From positions 1,952,001 through 2,016,000 of the forward strand of contig OY761614.1 in assembly GCA_963664825.1 (NCBI GenBank): a DNA stretch of 64,000 nucleotides. Direction: 5' to 3'. The notes under the pieces were generated by a model. The model worked only from the letters and a program-made list of their open reading frames with translations. It had not been told where the DNA came from and made no database searches. Positions within the stretch are counted from its first letter, which is position 1, and every line of letters starts with the position of its first letter. Below, piece after piece: positions 35,892 through 46,402 of this stretch. Position numbers and translations under genes: made by a program. The DNA is from an uncultured Holophaga sp. Lineage in GTDB: Bacteria > Acidobacteriota > Holophagae > Holophagales > Holophagaceae.

Positions 35892-38800
35892 ATGCATTCT
35901 TTCCGAGGCTGGTTCCTCTCCCTTGGGTCGGTCCTGGCCCTGGCTGCCTTCGGCGGGACGCCTCCCCTGAAGGCCCCTCCGGGGATCACAGCCTTCCGCA
36001 GTTTCGGGGCCGATCAGGGGCTCACCAATCTGTCGAGTGTGGCCATGACCCAGGATGCCGATGGCTTCCTGTGGCTGGGCACTGAGGATGGCCTCTTCCG
36101 CCTGGAGGGGGACCGTTTCCGGCACTTTGGGGAGGAGGAGGGGTTGCCTTCCAGCCGGATCGACGAAAACGGCCTCTCGAGGGGATTGAATCACGGCTTG
36201 TGGGTCTGCACGAGCCGGGGCCTGGTCTTCTGGGATGGTCATCGCTTCCTACGGCCCTCGGCCCTGGGGGTCAAGGGTCTCGACAACCGGACGGGTTTCG
36301 GCCTTGCCCAGGGAGGCATGATCCTGTCCAATTTCACGGGGAAGGTCCGCTATCTGAGCTTGGCCGGGGAACCCTTCCAGGCGCTGGACGGGCTTCCCTG
36401 GGGCAACGGGCTCACGGCTGGCACCTACGATGCGCCTCGGGATTGCCTCCTGCTCTGCCTCGGACAGGAACTCTGGATGAGGCAAAGGGGGGTCTGGACC
36501 CATCGGGATCTGTCGAAGTCCCTCGGTCAGGACGTGAAAGTCCTCTGGGTCGATGACTGGGGCCGGATCTGGCTGCGCACGGCGGAGCGGTTGGCCCGCC
36601 TCGGCGGCTTCGAGGCGCCCCTGGAGGTCCTCAAACTCCCCCTCCGGCTCAACATCGTGAATTCCGCGAGCCTGGGTGTGGATGCCCGGGGGCGAGTCTG
36701 GACCAACACGGCCCAGGGTCTTGTGTGGATGGAGGGCAACACCTGCGGGCTCATCGGCGAGCGTGAAGGCCTTCCCCAGGGCGGGGCGGAGGTGCTTCGG
36801 GTGGATGGACAGGGGACGGTCTGGATCGCGGGGGAAGGCGTCCACAAACTCCTGGGGGAGGGGCTGTGGACGGGCTTCACGCGCCGCCAAGGCCTGCCCA
36901 CGGATGTGGCTTGGTCCATCACACGCACGGGGGATGGCCTTCTCTGGGTGGGTACCGCGGCGGGGCTGGCCAGCGGGGACGAGAAGGGCTGGAAAGTCCT
37001 GCCCGGCACCCACTCCAACCAGTTCATGGCCCTGGAAGAGGATTCGGACGGGAACCTGTGGGCGGGGCACACGCCCTCCGTGGAGCGTCCGACGGGCCTA
37101 TCGGTGCGGCCCAAGGGCACCCTGCAACTGCGCTCCGTGCCCCTTCCGGGCCTTCCCCCCCAAGGCCAAGTGACATCCCTCATCTCGGAGGGCCAGACCC
37201 TTTGGTTGGGCACAAGCAGCGCGGGGCTCCTGCGGGCCTCCCGGCAGGGCATCCACCTTCAGGTGGAACCCGTGAAGATCGGCCACTGGTCCCGGGAGGA
37301 TGGCATCCGCCGCATCGTCGCCGATGGTCGGGGGGGCCTCTGGGTGGGGGGGCAGCATGGCTTGGCCCATTGGGATGGTCGAGCCTGGGCCACCCTGGAC
37401 AAGGCTTCCGGTCTTCCTGATGAGGAGATCATGACCATCGCACCCATGTCCACTGGTGAGGTCTGGGTCAGCTACACGGAATTCAAGGGCATGACGAGGG
37501 TGCGTCTCCAGGGGGCTCGGCTGGAAGTCCTGGAGACCCTGCGGCCTCCCCATCCCCTGGTCTGCAACCCCATCGTCACCCTGGCCGCCCGTCCGGATGG
37601 GACCCTCTGGGTGGGCACGTCCCGGGGCCTATTGCGTTGGGATGGACGGCGCGTGGAACGCTATGGGCGTTCCACCGGGTTCCCCGGGGAGGATTGCGCC
37701 CAGTACGGTCTCTGGTTCGACCCCAATGGCGATGTTTGGGTGGGGCTCAGCGTGGGGCTCGTCCGGGGCCGCCTGGGGCAGTTGGGTCCACAGACGCCGG
37801 CCCCCGCCGGGATCTTCGAGGCCACGCGCGGGGATGGGCGTTCGCTCCTGGAGGCGCAGGGGGAGCAGAGCGTGTCCTGGGGCAGTCGCACCCTCACCTT
37901 CCGGTACGGTCCCAAGGGTTCCAAGGGGACCGAGGATCTGAGCTACCAGGTGCGCTTGGTGGGGCTGGAGGATGCTTGGCGGAGCACGACCCTGCCCGAG
38001 GCCAGGTACCCCGGGCTAGCTCCCGGGCACTACCGCTTCGAAGTGCGCACCGTGAATTCCGTGGGCGAAAGGGGAGATGTGCGCGCCCTGGATGTGCGGA
38101 TCCTGGCGCCCTGGTGGATGCGCCCCTGGTTCCTGGGCCTCGCTGTCCTGTCTCTTCTCGGATTGGTCTTCCAGGGGATCCGGTGGCGCACCCAGCTCCT
38201 GCGCAGGCGCAACGCCCAGCTGGAGGCCCTCGTGAAGGCCCGCACCCAGGAATTGGAGACGGCCAACCAATCCCTGCTGGAGGCCAGTCTCATCGATCCC
38301 CTCACCGGGCTTCACAACCGGCGCTTCCTCAGCATGACCATGCCCGAGGAAGCGCTGCGGCTCCACCGCATGTTCCGCAACTACCTCAATCGGGGGGAGA
38401 GCCCCTTGGGCCGGAACGAGGACCTGGTGCTCTTCCTGAGCGACCTGGACCACTTCAAGAGCGTCAATGACACCTACGGCCACGCCGCGGGAGATCTGGT
38501 GCTCCGGGAGACGGCCCAGCTCCTGCGGACCGTCAGCCGAACTTCGGATACGTTGGTGCGCTGGGGGGGGGAGGAATTCCTGCTGGTGGCCAAGCGCTCC
38601 GATCGCGCCCAGGCCCATCTGATCGCCGAGAAGCTCTGCCAGGCCATCCGGAACCACGACTTCGTCCTGCCGGATGGGCGGGTCCTGCACTGCACGCTAT
38701 CGGTGGGATACGCCGCCTTCCCCATCCTGGATCAGCACCCCGAGGCCTTCACCTGGGAGGACACGCTACAGGTGGCCGACCAGTGCCTCTATGGCGCCAA

Positions 38801-38981
38801 ACACATGGGGCGGGATGGCTGGGTTGGCATCCATACGCCGGGCCCCTTCGATGCCGCCGAGCTCGGGCCTCGCCTACGGGTGGATCTGGAGGGACTCGTG
38901 CGGGAAGGCCACATCCAGGTGCGGAGCAGTTTTCCGGAAGGGTTGACCTTCGGGGAGGCCCTTAGCTTCGGGAACGAATGA
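35892..38981 (+). CDS. Membrane diguanylate cyclase with periplasmic propeller/Y_Y_Y sensor
   Basis: QDADGFLWLGTEDGL-type repeats; YPGLAPGHYRFEV; PWWMRPWF then TM; DPLTGLHNRR, DLDHFK, RTSD I-site, GGEEF. Confidence 0.92.
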   Translation: MHSFRGWFLSLGSVLALAAFGGTPPLKAPPGITAFRSFGADQGLTNLSSVAMTQDADGFLWLGTEDGLFRLEGDRFRHFGEEEGLPSSRIDENGLSRGLNHGLWVCTSRGLVFWDGHRFLRPSALGVKGLDNRTGFGLAQGGMILSNFTGKVRYLSLAGEPFQALDGLPWGNGLTAGTYDAPRDCLLLCLGQELWMRQRGVWTHRDLSKSLGQDVKVLWVDDWGRIWLRTAERLARLGGFEAPLEVLKLPLRLNIVNSASLGVDARGRVWTNTAQGLVWMEGNTCGLIGEREGLPQGGAEVLRVDGQGTVWIAGEGVHKLLGEGLWTGFTRRQGLPTDVAWSITRTGDGLLWVGTAAGLASGDEKGWKVLPGTHSNQFMALEEDSDGNLWAGHTPSVERPTGLSVRPKGTLQLRSVPLPGLPPQGQVTSLISEGQTLWLGTSSAGLLRASRQGIHLQVEPVKIGHWSREDGIRRIVADGRGGLWVGGQHGLAHWDGRAWATLDKASGLPDEEIMTIAPMSTGEVWVSYTEFKGMTRVRLQGARLEVLETLRPPHPLVCNPIVTLAARPDGTLWVGTSRGLLRWDGRRVERYGRSTGFPGEDCAQYGLWFDPNGDVWVGLSVGLVRGRLGQLGPQTPAPAGIFEATRGDGRSLLEAQGEQSVSWGSRTLTFRYGPKGSKGTEDLSYQVRLVGLEDAWRSTTLPEARYPGLAPGHYRFEVRTVNSVGERGDVRALDVRILAPWWMRPWFLGLAVLSLLGLVFQGIRWRTQLLRRRNAQLEALVKARTQELETANQSLLEASLIDPLTGLHNRRFLSMTMPEEALRLHRMFRNYLNRGESPLGRNEDLVLFLSDLDHFKSVNDTYGHAAGDLVLRETAQLLRTVSRTSDTLVRWGGEEFLLVAKRSDRAQAHLIAEKLCQAIRNHDFVLPDGRVLHCTLSVGYAAFPILDQHPEAFTWEDTLQVADQCLYGAKHMGRDGWVGIHTPGPFDAAELGPRLRVDLEGLVREGHIQVRSSFPEGLTFGEALSFGNE

Positions 38982-40146
38982 GCCGGTAGGCCAGCGGCAG
39001 GGCCAGCCCCGCGGCCAGGGCCGCCACGGCCCAGCCCGCCCGGAAGCCGAGAGGGCCCCAGGCCCGGCTGCCATGCCCGATGATCATGCCGATGGCCAAG
39101 CTGCCCAGGCCGATGCCCGAATCGAAGGAGAAGAGGGTGGCTCCGAAGGCCGCGCCCCGGCGCTCGGGATGGACGACCTCTAGCACATGGGTGGTCACCA
39201 GGGTATGCACCATGCTGTAGCCGGCGCCATAGACCAGGGCCGACAGGGCATGGCGCAGCACGCCCCCCGGGAAGACGGCCAGCAGGAGAAGGCCCAGGAA
39301 GGCCGTCCAGAGCATATTGGGCAGGAGCTTGACCGGATCCCGGCCGAAACCGATGCGGGTCATGATGATCCGCATGCCCACCATGCCAAGGGCCATGCAG
39401 GTGAGGAAGGCCGAGGTGGTGGGCAGCCCGAAGATGGGCTGGAAGTCCAGCTTCAGGGCCTCCTGGACCGTGTAGGTGCCCAGGGCGCCGTAGCCGAGCG
39501 CCGTGGCGAAGAGCACGGAACAGGGACGGAGCATCATCCGCTGGGGCATCTGGAGGGCGCTGCGGCGCTCCCGATCGGGACGATCCCTGGGCAGGCTCAG
39601 GGCCAATAGCCCCAGTCCCAGGAAGAGCCCCGCCAGGATCCAGGTGATGGCGCCGAAGCCCCAGTGACGGAATTCGGCCAGGCCCAGCATGGGGCCGAAG
39701 ACCACGCCCGCGGGGCAAGCCAGGCCGTAGAGGGTGAGCCCATCGGCCCGCCGGTCCTCCGGCAGCACATCCCCCAGGGTGGCCATGGTGGCCGTCAGCA
39801 GGCCCGACCAGACGATGCCGTGGGGCAGGGCCAGGGCGTAGATCCAGATCCGGTGATGAACGAAACCGTAGCCGCCCACGCAGAGGGCGAAGAGGAAAGA
39901 GGTGATGACGACCATGCGCCGCTGGCCCACCCGGTCCCCCATGGGACCGGTGAAGAGCGCTCCCAGGGCCGATCCGGCGGTGAAGACAGACATGAAGCGC
40001 CCGCTCTCCTCCACGCTGGCCCCCAGGGCCAGCAGCCGCAGAGGCACGGTGGGGAAGAGCTGGAAGGCCGCTACAAACGTGAGGAAGGTCAGCCCGCAAA
40101 TGAGCGCGAAGTCGGGGGTGAAGAGGCTTTGGCGGGAATCCGGCAT
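38962..40146 (-). CDS. MFS transporter
   Basis: Motif A GPMGDRVGQRR; ~12 TM. Confidence 0.9.
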   Translation of the reverse strand: MPDSRQSLFTPDFALICGLTFLTFVAAFQLFPTVPLRLLALGASVEESGRFMSVFTAGSALGALFTGPMGDRVGQRRMVVITSFLFALCVGGYGFVHHRIWIYALALPHGIVWSGLLTATMATLGDVLPEDRRADGLTLYGLACPAGVVFGPMLGLAEFRHWGFGAITWILAGLFLGLGLLALSLPRDRPDRERRSALQMPQRMMLRPCSVLFATALGYGALGTYTVQEALKLDFQPIFGLPTTSAFLTCMALGMVGMRIIMTRIGFGRDPVKLLPNMLWTAFLGLLLLAVFPGGVLRHALSALVYGAGYSMVHTLVTTHVLEVVHPERRGAAFGATLFSFDSGIGLGSLAIGMIIGHGSRAWGPLGFRAGWAVAALAAGLALPLAYRLIRSRS

Positions 40147-40165
40147 GGATCCAGTGTGGCAGACC

Positions 40166-41380
40166 CTAGGCGGGGCGCTCCTGCCTGCCCTTGGACCTCA
40201 GGATCTTGGGAGTCACCAGGAGGCAGCCCACCAGGGCCAGGCAGCCCAGGGCCCAGCCGCTGCGATAGCCCAGGGCCAGACCCCAACGGGCGCCCAGGTG
40301 CTCCATGGCCCAGCCCAGGCAGACCGCGCCTGCGGCCTGGCCCAGGTCGTAGCTGAAGTAGAGCATCCCCACCGCGGCGCCCCGGCGGTCCGGCCGGGAG
40401 ACATCGATCATGTGCATGAACAGCAGGGTGTGGACCATGCCGTATCCCCCGCCGTAGATTAGGCCCCCGAGGATATGTCGGCTGGTTCCCCCCGGCAGCA
40501 GGGCCAACATCCCCAGGCCCACCAGCGACGCCCACACCATGGGCCAGAGCAGCTGGATGGGGCGCTTGCCCATGCCCGTCAGGCCCAGCACCAGGCGCAT
40601 GCCCACGATGCCCAGGGCCAGACTGGTGAGAAAGGCGCTGGGCATGGCCAGATGGAGGAACTTGGCCTCCTGGGCGCTGTAGGGGGGGATGGGGCCGAAG
40701 CTGATGCCGATGCCGAAGAGCAGCAGCGCGGGCCATAGGGCCGTTTTCTCCGGCAGCTGGAAGAGCGAATCCCTGCGGCGATGTTCCGCAGGTTCCTTGG
40801 GCAGGCTCTTGACGAGAACGTGCAGGGCCACGTAGACCGCGCCCAGGACCAGGAGCATCCAGCGGAAGCCCAGCACGGGCCAGAGCAGCAGGCCCAGCAG
40901 GGGGCCCACCGCGATGCCCGCAGGGCTCGACATGCCGAAGAAGGACATGCCCTCGGCGCGGTTGGAAGGGGCCAGCATGGAGCCCGCCTTGGCCACGGAG
41001 GCCGTGCGCAGGCCGGACCACACGAGGCCGTGGATGGGCGCCAGGACATAGAAGATCCAGCGCTGCTCGGGTCGATCGATGAAGGCATAGGCCGCGAAGA
41101 AGGCCACCATCAGGAGCGAGGCGACCCTCAGGACGCGTCGCTGGCCCAGGCGGTCCCCCAGGGGGCCCGTGAAGAGGGATCCCACGGCGCTGCCCAGGGT
41201 GAAGGCGCCCATGAAGCGCCCGCTCTCCGCCAGGTTCGCGCCCAGGCTGCGCAGGTGCAGCGGCACGATGGGGAAGAGCTGGTATCCCGCCAGGAAGACC
41301 GCGAAGTAGAAGATCGAGAGCAGGATGAAGGCTCGGGTGAAGAGCCGGGGTCCTGGGGTTTCCGGGGACGGGTCTGACAT
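40166..41380 (-). CDS. MFS transporter (paralog of adjacent gene)
   Basis: GPLGDRLGQRR; shares QLFP, HG.VWSGL, YG.GY.MVHTL with neighbour. Confidence 0.9.
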   Translation of the reverse strand: MSDPSPETPGPRLFTRAFILLSIFYFAVFLAGYQLFPIVPLHLRSLGANLAESGRFMGAFTLGSAVGSLFTGPLGDRLGQRRVLRVASLLMVAFFAAYAFIDRPEQRWIFYVLAPIHGLVWSGLRTASVAKAGSMLAPSNRAEGMSFFGMSSPAGIAVGPLLGLLLWPVLGFRWMLLVLGAVYVALHVLVKSLPKEPAEHRRRDSLFQLPEKTALWPALLLFGIGISFGPIPPYSAQEAKFLHLAMPSAFLTSLALGIVGMRLVLGLTGMGKRPIQLLWPMVWASLVGLGMLALLPGGTSRHILGGLIYGGGYGMVHTLLFMHMIDVSRPDRRGAAVGMLYFSYDLGQAAGAVCLGWAMEHLGARWGLALGYRSGWALGCLALVGCLLVTPKILRSKGRQERPA

Positions 41381-41442
41381 GGATAGAGGTTGCCACGGGA
41401 GACCCTGGTGGAGGGTCACAGCTCCGTGGCACACTGGTTTTC

Positions 41443-42561
41443 ATGTTTGAATGCATCATCATTGGCGCCGGGCCCGCAGGGGCCGCCGCGGCCTATCAGC
41501 TGGCCAGGGCAGGGCATTCGGTCCTGGTCCTGGAAAGGGAATCCCGGCCAGGCCTCAAACCCTGCGGCGGGGGCGTCTCGCCGGAAGTGGCCCAGTGGTT
41601 CGATTTCGATTTCGAACCTGCCATCAATGCCAAGATCGATCACTTCCGCTTCACCCTGGAAGGCGGGGACCCCGTGGAGGTCCAGCTGGATACCCGGGAG
41701 CCCCTGTGGCTGGTGCGGCGGGAAGTCTTCGACGCCTTCCTGATGGCCCAGGCCCGGGCTCAAGGGGCCGAGCTGCAGGAGGGCTGTCCGGCCTTGAATC
41801 TGCGCTTCGAGGAGGGGGCCTGGACCGTGGAGACCCCCCGGGGTCCCCAGCGGGGTCGCTACCTGGTGGCTGCCGACGGCGCCAAGGGCACCATGGCCAG
41901 GGCGCTGGGTTTCCTCCAGCGCCGCTACCGCATGGCCGGGGCCATCGAAGCGGAATGCCCCACTCCCGGGCCCTCGGAGTTGCCCCTCTGCCTGGATTTC
42001 GGCACGGTGGGCAGTGGCTACCTCTGGAACTTCCCCAAGGCCGATGGACAGTCCCTGGGCATCGGCGTCATGCGGGGCCCTCAGGACAGGAATCTCCGGG
42101 GCCTCCTCCGGGCGTATTGTGCGGGCTTCGGGGTGGAGATGGCGCGTTGCGCCATGGCGGCCCATCCCCTCGTCCTCTGGGACGGCGACCAGGAGCTGCA
42201 CACCCAGCAGGCGCTCCTGGCGGGGGAGGCCGCCTGCATCGTGGACCCCTTCACCGCCGAGGGCATCAGGCCTTCCCTGCTCACGGGTCTGCGGGCCGCG
42301 AAGGCCATCCACGGGGCCCTCTCGGGGGAAGACCGGGCCCTGGAAGGCTATACGGCCGCCATCCAGCGGGAGATCGGTGGGGAGATGATCTGGGCCCGGC
42401 GCCTGGCGGCCCTCTTCTTCCGCCTGCCCTCCCTGGGATACCGGGTGGGCGTGAAACACTCCGGCAGCCCGGAGTGCATGGCCAGGCTGCTCTGCGGCGA
42501 AGTGCGCTATTCCCAGGTGGCCCAGCGGGCCATCACCCGACTCAGCGGCGGGCTATTCTGA
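41443..42561 (+). CDS. Geranylgeranyl reductase family FAD oxidoreductase
   Basis: IIGAGPAG, KPCGGG, VAADGA, GYLWNFPK, GEAACIVDPFTAEGI. Confidence 0.85.
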   Translation: MFECIIIGAGPAGAAAAYQLARAGHSVLVLERESRPGLKPCGGGVSPEVAQWFDFDFEPAINAKIDHFRFTLEGGDPVEVQLDTREPLWLVRREVFDAFLMAQARAQGAELQEGCPALNLRFEEGAWTVETPRGPQRGRYLVAADGAKGTMARALGFLQRRYRMAGAIEAECPTPGPSELPLCLDFGTVGSGYLWNFPKADGQSLGIGVMRGPQDRNLRGLLRAYCAGFGVEMARCAMAAHPLVLWDGDQELHTQQALLAGEAACIVDPFTAEGIRPSLLTGLRAAKAIHGALSGEDRALEGYTAAIQREIGGEMIWARRLAALFFRLPSLGYRVGVKHSGSPECMARLLCGEVRYSQVAQRAITRLSGGLF

Positions 42562-42616
42562 GAAGGACGATCCAGGTCGCGAGTTCAGGGCGCGTCCTCC
42601 ACCCTTCGAGGCCCTA

Positions 42617-43597
42617 TTGTTCGAATCCATCACCCTCCAAGATCACCGCATACAGCCCGCGCTCTTCCTGGCGCCCATGGCGGGGGTCACGAATTCGGCC
42701 TTTCGGCGCCTGCTGGCGGATTTCGGGGGCTACGGCGCCCTCTTCACGGAGATGCTCTCAGCCTCGGCCTTCCTCCAGGATAAGACCGACGAAAGCCCCT
42801 TCACCAAGCGCCGGGCCTGCGAGGGCCATGTCATCTACCAGTTCCGGGTCTCCGGCGAGGAGGATCTGGAGGCGGTGCTGGCCCGCATGGTGGGGATCGA
42901 TTACACCGCCATCGATCTCAATCTGGGTTGCCCGGCCCCGGAGATTCAGCAGAAGGCCTCCGGCGCGGCCCTATGGCGGGATTTCCCGCGCTTGAAGGAG
43001 GTCCTGGAACGCCTCCGAAGATGTTACGACGGCCCCCTCACGGTGAAATGCCGCCTGGGGGATGATCCCGATACCTGGCGGACAAGTTTCATAGAACGGC
43101 TGCGGCTCTTCGAGGATTGCGGCGTCCAGGCCATCACCGTGCATCCCCGCTTCTCCACGGAAAAGCTCAAGCGCCGGGCCCGGTGGAGTGAATTTCCCTG
43201 GATCGCCGCCCAGACGAGGCTGCCCATCATCGGCAATGGCGACGTGTGCTCCCTCAGGGACGTGGAGGACCACCGAGCCCTCTTCGAGCCCCTGGCGGGC
43301 CTCATGCTGGGGCGCATCGTCGCGGTGAAGCCCTGGATCTTCCGGGAATTCGCTGGGCTCCCGCCTCTAGAGATCGATCACGCCGAAGTGTGGGACCGCC
43401 TCTACCGCTACACGCTGGAAGACTTTCCCCCGGAGCGGGCCTTTGGCCGCCTGAGGGAATTCACCTCCTACTTCGCCCAGAACTTCTTCTTCGGCCACGA
43501 ACTCCACAAGGGTATCCAGAAGGCCACCACCTCAAGCGGTATCCGCGAGGCGGCCCTGAAATTCCTGGAAGGGAAGCCCCAGCTCAGCGGAGCTTGA
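42617..43597 (+). CDS. tRNA-dihydrouridine synthase family protein
   Basis: LAPMAGVT, FTEM, DLNLGCP, TVKCRLG, TVHPR, IGNGD, LMLGR. Confidence 0.9.
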   Translation: MFESITLQDHRIQPALFLAPMAGVTNSAFRRLLADFGGYGALFTEMLSASAFLQDKTDESPFTKRRACEGHVIYQFRVSGEEDLEAVLARMVGIDYTAIDLNLGCPAPEIQQKASGAALWRDFPRLKEVLERLRRCYDGPLTVKCRLGDDPDTWRTSFIERLRLFEDCGVQAITVHPRFSTEKLKRRARWSEFPWIAAQTRLPIIGNGDVCSLRDVEDHRALFEPLAGLMLGRIVAVKPWIFREFAGLPPLEIDHAEVWDRLYRYTLEDFPPERAFGRLREFTSYFAQNFFFGHELHKGIQKATTSSGIREAALKFLEGKPQLSGA

Positions 43598-45101
43598 AGT
43601 TCTCGGTGAGCTTGAACCGGGCCCTCACGGCCTTGCCGTTGAGTTTGGCCGGTTCGAAGGACCATTCGAGGGCGTATTGCAAGGCTGTCATCAGAAGTTC
43701 CGGAGGCCCCTGGTGGACGAGGCCTCGAGTGGGCCGCCCCTCTTCGTCGATCTCGATCACCACCACCACGGTGCCCTGGATGCGCTTCTGGTGGGCTCCT
43801 TCTGGGTAGGGGGGCCTGGGCGGCTGGCGCTTGATCTTGATCTGGCTGTAATCCAGCTCAGCGGTGTCAGCCTCCTGGAGCCCGGGAGGAGCCACCTCAA
43901 ACATGGGATTCCCCGGATGAGGGGGATCCACCGTGGCTCGGATCACGTCCTTGACGGACTTGAGCAGGCTTTCCTGGAATCCCCCTTCGCCCCGCTGCCC
44001 CGCGACCACCCCGCACCGGACGATGGCGAGCGGGTTTGCAGGATTGACGACTTCTAGATTCCGATCCGAATAGCTCGATAGCCGGGCTCGCACCCCGTAG
44101 ACACAGAGACCTCCCCGGCTCCAGAGGGTTTCGATCTGGATCTGCAGATGCCGGAGTCCAGGGTCCTCGGCGGAGGGGCCTTCCACCAATTGCACGCCCT
44201 CCCGAAGCAGCATTTCCCGTACCGTCCGGCTCACGAGGTCTCCCTTTGGCTGAAGACGGGGTTCCTTCAAGCTTCCATCCATTACTTCCAGGACGATCCT
44301 GGAAGCCTTGCAGATGGGGGGAAGCCCATAGTGGAGGGAAAGATCGAAGATCAGGGGGGCCCGTTCCCGGAATTTCGGAGGCACCTGGAATCTCAGACCG
44401 GAGGCATAGGCAAGGGCCGTCTCCGCGAGAGAGGGGGCGCCTTCCGTGACCGTAGCCTGGACCACACGGCCCGTGGAATCCACCTGCACCTCGCAGGAGA
44501 CATAGCCTCCCACACGCATGACCCTGGCCTCCCAGGGGTATTCCAAGGGAGGAACCGCGCCCTCCAACTTCATCTCCTTGCCCTCCACACGCGTGATACC
44601 GGAGGGATTGGGCGGTAGCACCCACCTGGGCTCGGAGTTCCCCGACTTGGCCTTCTGGGATTTCAGTAGGAGATCCCGGATCAGGGCCAGGGAGGCCTGG
44701 TTTAGGGAATCTGCGAGGCGATGCTTGTCCCGGAAAATTGTCTGGCTGGAAACCTCCTTCACTGGGGAGGAAGGCTCGGCGCCAACAGAGGGAATGGCGC
44801 TGAACCGAGCTCGCACGGTCATTCTAGTGGTCTCCTTGTTCCATCCAGAGGTGGCCGTCAGCCAAAGTTGGGGAAGCCCCTTGGTGTCATTGCCCGCCGG
44901 GACCAGATCGATGCCTTCGGGGAGGAGTCCCGCTCGGAGGGTCTCCCTCAAGGGCGGAAGAAGTGGGCGCAGGGTCGCATCGGTGGCGTCTGCCTCGAAT
45001 TTGAGGGCCACGCGCCGCAGCAAAGCTGGCTCTCCCGCGGCAGCGAAGGTGGCGATTCCAAGGCAAAGGGCACAGCGCCGCCAGCAACGGGACACGAGCA
45101 T
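43584..45101 (-). CDS. Exported protein with two TonB C-terminal domains
   Basis: YPWEAR..RVGGYVSCEVQVDSTGRV and PPYPEGAHQKRIQGTVVVVIEIDEEG...WSFEPA..NGKAV. Confidence 0.75.
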   Translation of the reverse strand: MLVSRCWRRCALCLGIATFAAAGEPALLRRVALKFEADATDATLRPLLPPLRETLRAGLLPEGIDLVPAGNDTKGLPQLWLTATSGWNKETTRMTVRARFSAIPSVGAEPSSPVKEVSSQTIFRDKHRLADSLNQASLALIRDLLLKSQKAKSGNSEPRWVLPPNPSGITRVEGKEMKLEGAVPPLEYPWEARVMRVGGYVSCEVQVDSTGRVVQATVTEGAPSLAETALAYASGLRFQVPPKFRERAPLIFDLSLHYGLPPICKASRIVLEVMDGSLKEPRLQPKGDLVSRTVREMLLREGVQLVEGPSAEDPGLRHLQIQIETLWSRGGLCVYGVRARLSSYSDRNLEVVNPANPLAIVRCGVVAGQRGEGGFQESLLKSVKDVIRATVDPPHPGNPMFEVAPPGLQEADTAELDYSQIKIKRQPPRPPYPEGAHQKRIQGTVVVVIEIDEEGRPTRGLVHQGPPELLMTALQYALEWSFEPAKLNGKAVRARFKLTENFKLR

Positions 45102-45169
45102 TCTCCTCAGGGGCTTGCACCCATTCTAGGGACCGACTCCGTCCGGGGCGCATAGGAATTCCGGTCGCC

Positions 45170-46285
45170 TCAGGGTTTGCCCTCCACGAAGGCCACGCCG
45201 GGGTAGGTGACGAAGTGATAGAGGTTCGCCGGTGTGAGGGTGCCCATGCCGAGCGCCTTCACGGGCAGGGGGGGTGTATCCACGGAGCTGCCGAAGGCGA
45301 CAGGAAGGCCCGTGGGCGTGGGCTGGCCCAGGGCCTTGGCCGTGGAATCCAGGAGCAGCATGCCGAAGGGAATGGCGAAGCGCCCGCACCAGGTGGCCCG
45401 GTATTCGTCGGGCCTCTCGGGGTTCACGCAGGCCTTGAAAAATTCCAGGGCCTTGCCTGGGGAGATGGGTCCGGAGAGCGCTCCCTTGAGCAGCGCCCTA
45501 TCCCGGGCCGTGGTCTGGAGGTAGGCCTCGACGCCCCCTTCACCGAAGGGCGTGTATTTGAAATCGCTGCCGTAGTGGGTGCCATCGGAAGAGATGACGA
45601 TGGCCACGTCCTTCCCTAGCCTCAGGCCCCGCCCCTTCATGAGCACCGCCAGCGCGCTTCCCAGATGGGAGGCCAGGGCCTGGAAGCGTTCGAAGGAGGC
45701 TGCGGGCACGAGGATGGGGAGGATCTCCAGATCGGATCGCTGGTGCCTGAGCCAGTAGGCGATGGCCTCCAGGCTGTGTTCGCTATCGTGGCTGGCGTCG
45801 CCCTGGGTGAATTCCCCTGCCGGGAGCAGGAGCCGAAGGGCCTCTCGCAGGGGAGAGACCGGGATGGGGCCATCCGGGGATCGCCAGGCGGGGTAGGCCT
45901 CGAGCACGATTCGGTCCCGGGCCCCGAAGCGGCGGTATTTGTGGAAGGTCCCCACCAGCACGATGGTCTTGGCCGTCACCAAGGGGATGATCCTCCGGTA
46001 GATGCGGCCCGCGTACAGGTAGTCGTCGTGGGGGAGGATGGCGCCTGCCACGCCGGGGGCGGGCAGGGGGCCGAAGGCTTCGGGCAGGGGCGGCGCCTGG
46101 GCCAGGGTCCAGACCTGGGCCATCTGTTCGGCGGTGGAGGCGTATCCCAGGCTGTCCTGCTGGCCCCGCAGGGTCTCCGTGGAGGGGATGCCCATGGCCT
46201 GGCGCACCTCCTGCAAGGTGGGCACCTGGCCCCCCAGGAGGCTGGAGACGAGGAGACAGGAAAAGCAGGTGAGCATGCGAACCAT
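45170..46285 (-). CDS. MEMO1/AmmeMemoRadiSam protein B-like, with signal peptide
   Basis: ILPHDDYLYAG, VGTFH, W.SPDG, EHSLE, ISSDGTHYG, TWCG; GGAGG RBS. Confidence 0.8.
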   Translation of the reverse strand: MVRMLTCFSCLLVSSLLGGQVPTLQEVRQAMGIPSTETLRGQQDSLGYASTAEQMAQVWTLAQAPPLPEAFGPLPAPGVAGAILPHDDYLYAGRIYRRIIPLVTAKTIVLVGTFHKYRRFGARDRIVLEAYPAWRSPDGPIPVSPLREALRLLLPAGEFTQGDASHDSEHSLEAIAYWLRHQRSDLEILPILVPAASFERFQALASHLGSALAVLMKGRGLRLGKDVAIVISSDGTHYGSDFKYTPFGEGGVEAYLQTTARDRALLKGALSGPISPGKALEFFKACVNPERPDEYRATWCGRFAIPFGMLLLDSTAKALGQPTPTGLPVAFGSSVDTPPLPVKALGMGTLTPANLYHFVTYPGVAFVEGKP

Positions 46286-46402
46286 GGCTTCCTCCGAAGC
46301 ATAGGAAAAGTGTCCCGGAGGAGATCGAATGCGCCAAGCATTCATGTTGTAATTCCAAGTAGGATCTCTTCCCAGAACAAGAGCTCCCAGAAAGTGGTGT
46401 TT

